DNA from: a bacterium
GTDB lineage: Bacteria; Patescibacteriota; Doudnabacteria; UBA920; VMFF01
Reading direction: 5' to 3'
Length of the DNA stretch: 64,000 nt
Assembly (NCBI GenBank): GCA_021811585.1
Contig: JAJZOG010000007.1
Span: 57,459-121,458 of the forward strand
The notes below the pieces were generated by a model that was not told the DNA's origin, made no database searches, and saw nothing but the letters and a program-made list of their open reading frames with translations. Numbering within the stretch: the first letter of the stretch is position 1; each line of letters begins with the position of its first letter. The position numbers were made by a program, and so were the translations under genes. This document shows, one piece after another, positions 58,406 to 64,000 of the stretch.

Positions 58406-59503
58406 ATGAAACATCTGTTTTTCAGGTTCAAATATCTGGATAAAATGCTGGCAGCCGTCTGCTTGCTTTTATTATTGGTTGGCTTAACTTTAATTTACAG
58501 CACAGGCCTGAACGGCGACAGATCCAGCTTTATCAAACAATCAGCATACGCGCTCATTGGCGTTTTGCTTTTTTTCTTTTTCTCTTTTTTTGATTTTTCC
58601 CAGCTTTCGAAAATCAGCAGGTATTTGTATTTGCTTTTGCTGGCTGCTCTTGTTTTGGTACTTTTTGCCGGCCACGCTGTGCAGGGCAGCAGCCGGTGGT
58701 TTAATTTGGGAATTATCAGTTTTCAGCCAGCGGAATTTGCAGACATCATAGTAATTTTTATTTTGGCGAGATTTTTTGCCTTGCGCCGCGGCGAAATCAA
58801 CATTTGGAAAAATATTTTGCTTTCTTTCGTTTACGCGCTCATCCCCATTCTTTTAATTGCCAAGGAACCTGATCTTGGTTCGGCGTTAATTATTTTTATA
58901 ATTTGGCTGGGCATGCTGTTTTTGAGCAATGTCAATAAAAAAATCTTCATTTACATTTTTCTGATTTTTTCGGCTTTGTCGGTTTTTTCCTGGAGATTTG
59001 TTTTAAAAGATTACCAGAAAAATCGCATCTTAACATTTGTGAATCCTCGCCTGGATCCAAAAGGCAAAGGGTATAATGTGCAGCAGGCGATTATTTCGGT
59101 GGGTTCCGGCGGCCTTGTCGGCACGGGCTTGGGCCGCGGCCTGCAAAGCCAGCTACGCTTTTTGCCCGAGCGCCAAACCGATTTCATTTTCGCATCCGCC
59201 GCGGAAGAGCTTGGACTTTTGGGATCAGCCGTGATTCTGGTTTTGTATTTTCTCCTGCTGTACAGGATTTTGATTATTTACGGCAGGAGCAGGGATGATT
59301 TGGGAAGATTTATAGTTGCCGGCGTATTTTTTATGATTCTTGGCCAATGTGTCATAAACATAGGCATGAATATAGGGCTTTTGCCTGTTACGGGAATACC
59401 ATTGCCATTCATCAGCTATGGCGGCAGTTCCTTAATAACAGTGGCAATGGGAGCGGGAGCTGTGGAAGCGGTTGCCATCCGTTCCAAAGGCATCCGTCTT
59501 TAA
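58406..59503 (+). CDS. rodA: Rod shape-determining SEDS protein RodA
   Basis: FQPAEF, EPDLGSA, LPERQTDFIF, PVTGIPLPFISYGGSS. Confidence 0.92.
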   Translation: MKHLFFRFKYLDKMLAAVCLLLLLVGLTLIYSTGLNGDRSSFIKQSAYALIGVLLFFFFSFFDFSQLSKISRYLYLLLLAALVLVLFAGHAVQGSSRWFNLGIISFQPAEFADIIVIFILARFFALRRGEINIWKNILLSFVYALIPILLIAKEPDLGSALIIFIIWLGMLFLSNVNKKIFIYIFLIFSALSVFSWRFVLKDYQKNRILTFVNPRLDPKGKGYNVQQAIISVGSGGLVGTGLGRGLQSQLRFLPERQTDFIFASAAEELGLLGSAVILVLYFLLLYRILIIYGRSRDDLGRFIVAGVFFMILGQCVINIGMNIGLLPVTGIPLPFISYGGSSLITVAMGAGAVEAVAIRSKGIRL

Positions 59504-59555
59504 CAATTGACTTGCAGCGCACCTCTGTTAAAATATTATTGAAAGGAGGCATTTT

Positions 59556-59909
59556 ATGAAGAAAAATGATTTTCAAAGGATTATGGAAATGTTATCGTTT
59601 GTTTTAAGATGCCCGGTTTGCAGCTATAAATACAATCTTGAAAGAACAAAAATTATAGAAACCAAAGAAGAAGGCCAGAACGAAGCGGCTATTCTTGTAC
59701 ATTCCGATTGCGCGCAGTGCAAGAGTTCGGTTGTTTTCAGCATAATAATAAGCGGTCCTGAAATTTTCTCAGTGGGCATGATTACGGATCTGACAGGAAG
59801 CGATACCGCAAAATTTTCCAATGCCCAGCCGCTCTCGGCCGATGAAGTGTTGGAAATGCACAATTTTGTGCGTGCTTTTGACGGGGATTTGGTAAAGGTT
59901 TTAAGCTGA
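59556..59909 (+). CDS. Hypothetical zinc-ribbon protein
   Basis: CPVC and CAQC pairs; TTGACT and TAAAAT upstream; AAAGGAGG RBS. Confidence 0.75.
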   Translation: MKKNDFQRIMEMLSFVLRCPVCSYKYNLERTKIIETKEEGQNEAAILVHSDCAQCKSSVVFSIIISGPEIFSVGMITDLTGSDTAKFSNAQPLSADEVLEMHNFVRAFDGDLVKVLS

Positions 59910-60000
59910 GCGCAAACAAACGGGCAAATTTGCCCAACAGTACGGCGGGATTGCAAAAATTCCGTTGATCTGTTAAAATTGATTGGTAATTTAAATAGCC

Positions 60001-60681
60001 ATGGAAAAAATTGAATTAAAAGCAGCTGTCAGGGAACATGCTTTGCCAACCAAAATTCGAAGCCGCGGTTTTATTCCGGCGGTCATATACGGCAAAGGAA
60101 TTAAAACCGAACATTTAGAGGTTTTGTACCGGGAATTCGAAAAGGTTTTTAAAAAAGCCGGCGAATCCACTTTGGTTGATTTAAGCATTGGCGGCAAAAC
60201 TAAAAATGTAATTATTCAGGATATTCAGCGGCATTATCTTACCGGAAAATTTTTGCATGTTGATTTTTATGAAGTGAACATGGCAGAGAAGATGAAGGCA
60301 AAAGTTCCTTTGGTGTTCATCGGCATTTCGCCCGCTATTAAAGAAAACGGCGGTGTCTTGGTGGAGATTATAAAGGAAGTGGAAGTTGAGTGCTTGCCTT
60401 CTGACCTGCCGCATCAAATTGAAGTTGATATTTCTTCGCTGAAGAGCTTTGATGATATTATCCATGTCAAGGATTTGAAAATTTCAGATAAGGTAAAAAT
60501 TTCGGCAGACGGCGAAGAGGCGGTTGTCAAAGCAAATCCTCCTCGCGATGTTGAAGCGGAGCTTGCCGAGCTGGTTGTTGAAGATGTCAGTAAAGTTGAG
60601 GGCGCGGCAGAGACGCCTGCTCCTTCCGCGGAAAACGCGCCTGGCGAGGAAAAGCCGGCTGAAAAAGAAGAGAAAAAATAA
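60001..60681 (+). CDS. rplY: 50S ribosomal protein L25/CTC (long form)
   Basis: IPAVIYGKG, HVDFY, CTC C-terminal domain, acidic tail. Confidence 0.95.
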   Translation: MEKIELKAAVREHALPTKIRSRGFIPAVIYGKGIKTEHLEVLYREFEKVFKKAGESTLVDLSIGGKTKNVIIQDIQRHYLTGKFLHVDFYEVNMAEKMKAKVPLVFIGISPAIKENGGVLVEIIKEVEVECLPSDLPHQIEVDISSLKSFDDIIHVKDLKISDKVKISADGEEAVVKANPPRDVEAELAELVVEDVSKVEGAAETPAPSAENAPGEEKPAEKEEKK

Positions 60682-60695
60682 TTGCGAATGTTTTT

Positions 60696-60724
60696 GGCGC
60701 CCCGAATTTCGGGGCGCTATTTTA
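60696..60724 (+). terminator. Intrinsic terminator after rplY
   Basis: GCGCCCCGAA/TTCGGGGCGC stem with a TATTTTT tail. Confidence 0.8.
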
Positions 60725-60822
60725 TATCTTGTGTTCAATTTTAGTTAGGAATGTCTATTTAGGTGCGGTTTTACTTTTCCCTGAGAATAGCGTAAAATAA
60801 CAGTGAAGTCCCAGGAGGAATT

Positions 60823-60975
60823 ATGGAAAGCTCAGAATATGTAGAGGCCAAGCGCGAGATTTCGCGCTTGGAAAAAGAGGTTCCCCTCGGTGTTTGCCCG
60901 CAATTGGCGGGCGAATATGCCGAGGATTGCGAGCTCGTGCGCCAGCACGAACTCATCAGAAACCCGTATTCTTAA
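60823..60975 (+). CDS. Small 50-aa protein absent from the ORF track
   Basis: AGGAGG RBS, ATG at 60823, MESSEYVEAKREISRLEKEVPLGVCPQLAGEYAEDCELVRQHELIRNPYS, own terminator. Confidence 0.6.
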   Translation: MESSEYVEAKREISRLEKEVPLGVCPQLAGEYAEDCELVRQHELIRNPYS

Positions 60976-61001
60976 TTTTAATTTTAGTTTTTTCTCCTGT
61001 C

Positions 61002-61030
61002 AGAGGGTGCCCCGCGGTACCCTCTTTTTT
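61002..61030 (+). terminator. Intrinsic terminator after the small ORF
   Basis: AGAGGGTGCC-CCGC-GGTACCCTCT-TTTTT. Confidence 0.75.
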
Positions 61031-61080
61031 ATTATAGTTAAATATGAAGATTATACCCGGCCATGTTATACTATTTTCAG

Positions 61081-62052
61081 ATGAAATTTTTATTAAAAAA
61101 ATATTATATTTTTATTATTGTTGCTGTTTTGTTTTGCGCGGGTTTTGCCGCGGCAGCTGTTAAACAGCATATCAGGGCAGGTAATTTGAAAGAAAATGCA
61201 TTCTCCGCGCAAGAACAGGATAGGCAAATAGAGGAATTCCAAGCAAAATACGAGCAAAAGCTTACTGCCAAGGATGAAAGCCAAATCCAGGCGAGCAGCA
61301 TTGCGAAGGATGAAAATCCTCCTTACCGCCGAATTTATTTTAAGCCCGGAGGAATCCCGGTACTCATGTATCATTATGTTGGTTCATTGCCGCCGAATGC
61401 CGATGCCATTAGGAAAGATCTCACCGTCAGCGCGGAAAATTTTTCGGCGCAGATGGATTATCTCGCGCAATCCGGCTATCGCACAATAACCACGGCGCGC
61501 CTTTATAATTATCTCTCGGGAAAATCTAATCTGCCGCCAAAGCCGATTGTTATTACTTTGGACGACGGGCATGCGGACGCTTTTAAAAATGCGGTACCGA
61601 TTTTACTTGCCCATCATATGGTTGCGTCGTTTGCGGTTGTAAGCGGTTTCGTGGGCACGAGCGATTATGCAACTTGGCAGCAAATCAGCAGGGCTCAATC
61701 AGAGGGCATGGAAATTATTAATCATAGTTTCAACCATATGAATTTTGCGGATCCGCGCTTCACGCTGCAGTACAAGCAGGATGCGATTGCAAAGTGCGTT
61801 TCAGCTTTGCAGGGCGAGCTTGGGGATAATACCAAGACCTTTGTTTATCCTTATGGCAGCTATGGAACGGACATTGAAAATCTTTTGAAAGCCGACGGTT
61901 TTGATATGGCATTTACAACCAATTTCGGCGAAGCGTACAAAGGCGACAATCTTTTTGAACTCCCAAGAATTCGTGTGCACGGGCTGGAAACTCTTGAACG
62001 GTTCCGTGAAACGCTCGGGGACTACGGCAATTCGAAATTAGCCAGCCGATAA
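61081..62052 (+). CDS. Polysaccharide deacetylase (CE4/NodB family), exported
   Basis: PVLMYH, ITLDDG, HSFNH, VYPYG, LPRIRV. Confidence 0.92.
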   Translation: MKFLLKKYYIFIIVAVLFCAGFAAAAVKQHIRAGNLKENAFSAQEQDRQIEEFQAKYEQKLTAKDESQIQASSIAKDENPPYRRIYFKPGGIPVLMYHYVGSLPPNADAIRKDLTVSAENFSAQMDYLAQSGYRTITTARLYNYLSGKSNLPPKPIVITLDDGHADAFKNAVPILLAHHMVASFAVVSGFVGTSDYATWQQISRAQSEGMEIINHSFNHMNFADPRFTLQYKQDAIAKCVSALQGELGDNTKTFVYPYGSYGTDIENLLKADGFDMAFTTNFGEAYKGDNLFELPRIRVHGLETLERFRETLGDYGNSKLASR

Positions 62053-62891
62053 AATCCGGCAAGGTCTTTTTTGAGTTTGATTTTCGCCCGCGGAAAATTT
62101 TCGCGGATTGTTTTTTTTGCCATCCGCGCCTGGTTGTAGTTAATTTCCAGAAAAACGGACGCAAGAGCCGCGGATTGTAATTTATTTTCTTTTGCAATTT
62201 GGCCGATGAATCGCGCAATGGTTTCAAATCCTTTTTGTTTTCCGCCGAGCAGCGCGGATTTCGGTTCTTTTTTTATGCTCGGTGCCACAAGCTCCTTTTT
62301 CGAAAGATAGGGCAGGTTTGCGGTTATAATTATAAAAGTTTTTTCCGGCTGAAAGCTGCTCCTGCGGAGTTCCGAAAATATCGGCATGGCCAGGTTGCCT
62401 TTAAGGAATTTGATTTTTTTGCGGCGGAGAATTGCGCGAGCATTCGTTTTGGCGACTTTCAGCGCTTCGCCGGAAATATCCGTGCCCATAAGGTAAATGT
62501 TCCGCGCGTCTCCGCGGATTTTTTCCAGCTCTTTTGCTATGGAAATGACGATTGCGCCTGATCCTGTCCCGACATCGGCAATAATGATTTTGTTATTTTT
62601 GTCTTTTGGAATTTTGCGAATTTGTTCCCAGACATCCTCGACAAGAAGTTCTGTTTCAGGGCGGGGGATAAGCACGTTCGGATTGACGCTGAATTTATTT
62701 CCGAAAAACCATTTGAAGCCCAGGACATAGGCCAGCGGGAATCCCTTGGCAAGCATGTTTTTTCCGCGCGCGAACATTTTTTGCCGGCCCGGGCTTAAAT
62801 TGATTTTATGGGTGATAAAAAATTCCCTCGGTTTTTTTATAATTTCCGAGAGCAGCATCTCTTCTTCTTCGCTGTAAAAAATCGGTTTCAT
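62022..62891 (-). CDS. prmC: Release factor glutamine methyltransferase
   Basis: VLIPRPETE, DVGTGSG, NLPY; downstream of prfA. Confidence 0.93.
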   Translation of the reverse strand: MKPIFYSEEEEMLLSEIIKKPREFFITHKINLSPGRQKMFARGKNMLAKGFPLAYVLGFKWFFGNKFSVNPNVLIPRPETELLVEDVWEQIRKIPKDKNNKIIIADVGTGSGAIVISIAKELEKIRGDARNIYLMGTDISGEALKVAKTNARAILRRKKIKFLKGNLAMPIFSELRRSSFQPEKTFIIITANLPYLSKKELVAPSIKKEPKSALLGGKQKGFETIARFIGQIAKENKLQSAALASVFLEINYNQARMAKKTIRENFPRAKIKLKKDLAGFYRLANFELP

Positions 62892-62928
62892 CCTGGTGAA
62901 AATTTTTTATTCCGGACCCGCCGCCAAA

Positions 62929-63981
62929 TTATTCCTCTATGTTTTCTTTTTTAATTTTAAGTTCAGCTTCTGAGAGCGCGTTTACAATCGGATCCAAATC
63001 GCCGTCCAAAACTTGCGAAATCTGGTGAAAGTTACGGTTGATTCTGTGGTCTGTAATTCTGTCCTGTGGAAAATTGTAAGTGCGGATTTTTTCCGAGCGG
63101 TCGCCGGTGCCCACCTGCATTTTGCGCTTTTCTTTGTACTCCTTCTCCGCTTTTTCCTGAAAATACGCGGCAACGCGCGCACGCAGGACTGCCAGCGCTT
63201 TTTCGCGGTTTTGCGCCTGCGAGCGTTCGTCCTGCGATTGCGCCGCAATTCCGGTGGGCAAGTGCACGGCCTTGATTGCGGAATAGGTGGTGTTCACGCT
63301 TTGGCCGCCGTGCCCCGAAGAAGTATTCGCGGTAATTTCAATATCTTTTGCGGGAATATCCATATCCCGCGCTTCGTATTCGGGCAGAATTGCCACGGTA
63401 ACAGTGGACGTGTGCACGCGCCCGGCTTTTTCCGTCTCCGGCACGCGCTGCACGCGGTGCACGCCGGATTCGTATTTCAGTTTGCTGTAGACCCGTTTGC
63501 CGATAACTTCAAAAATCACTTCTTTATATCCTCCCAAATCGCTTTTGCTGGCCGAGATGATATGCGTTTTCCATTTTTGCGATTCCGCGTATTTCGAGTA
63601 CATGCGGAAAAGTTCAGCGGCAAAAAGCGCGGATTCATCTCCGCCGGCCCCGGCCCGCACTTCAATAATGATATTTTTTTCATCCAGCGGATCTGCTGGT
63701 ATGAGTTCGGAATCGATTTCGTTTTCAAGGTCGCCCATGCGGCGCGAAATAATCTTAATTTCTTCCCTTGCGATTTCCGCAAGTTCATCTTTGCCCTCAG
63801 CGAGAGTTTTATTTTCACCAAGCTCTTTTTCGAGTTTTTCGTACTCTTGAATTTTTCCGGCCACGTCCAAAATCGCGGCTTGCCGTTTTCCGAGTTCGGC
63901 GAGTTCGCTTGGCGGCGCGCTTGCGAGCTTTTCCGCTATGCCGCGGTATTCAGCCAAAATTTTTAAATATGATGTTTTCAT
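62929..63981 (-). CDS. prfA: Peptide chain release factor 1
   Basis: HRVQRVPETE (PxT motif), GGQ, IRTYNFPQ. Confidence 0.96.
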   Translation of the reverse strand: MKTSYLKILAEYRGIAEKLASAPPSELAELGKRQAAILDVAGKIQEYEKLEKELGENKTLAEGKDELAEIAREEIKIISRRMGDLENEIDSELIPADPLDEKNIIIEVRAGAGGDESALFAAELFRMYSKYAESQKWKTHIISASKSDLGGYKEVIFEVIGKRVYSKLKYESGVHRVQRVPETEKAGRVHTSTVTVAILPEYEARDMDIPAKDIEITANTSSGHGGQSVNTTYSAIKAVHLPTGIAAQSQDERSQAQNREKALAVLRARVAAYFQEKAEKEYKEKRKMQVGTGDRSEKIRTYNFPQDRITDHRINRNFHQISQVLDGDLDPIVNALSEAELKIKKENIEE

Positions 63982-64000
63982 TAATATGGTGTTTTCATGC

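Noticed and set aside
63013-63966. Long antisense ORFs (also 48477-49337, 12382-13356, 24351-25085)
   Set aside because: Shadows of well-supported genes on the opposite strand; no motifs or RBS.

Overview
Bacterial chromosomal segment using the standard genetic code. Gene content and protein style point to a Patescibacteria/CPR organism (inference). Housekeeping genes: pcrA/uvrD, rsmA, radA, recG, comF, clpC, recX, htpX-lemA, gatCAB, miaA, thrS, dnaE, rodA, rplY, prmC, prfA and three tRNAs (Arg-GCG, Ser-TGA, Ser-GCT). Two accessory blocks are present: a ~13 kb co-oriented T4SS-like locus (6457-19663; VirB6-like, PrgI, VirB4-like ATPase; no relaxase seen) and a ~12 kb variable region (26.1-38.5 kb) with several pseudogenes, ending at tRNA-Ser(GCT). 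Top leads: (1) an apparently minimal transcriptional T-box riboswitch upstream of thrS, with a 32-nt Stem I carrying a terminal ACC specifier loop and no Stem II; (2) repeated non-coding left-end and right-end elements that bracket cargo genes in tandem behind tRNA-Ser(GCT), suggesting an integrase-less cassette array; (3) pervasive short tandem duplications that insert Gly/Ser-rich segments into core enzymes. All calls come from reading the sequence by eye; no database searches were run.
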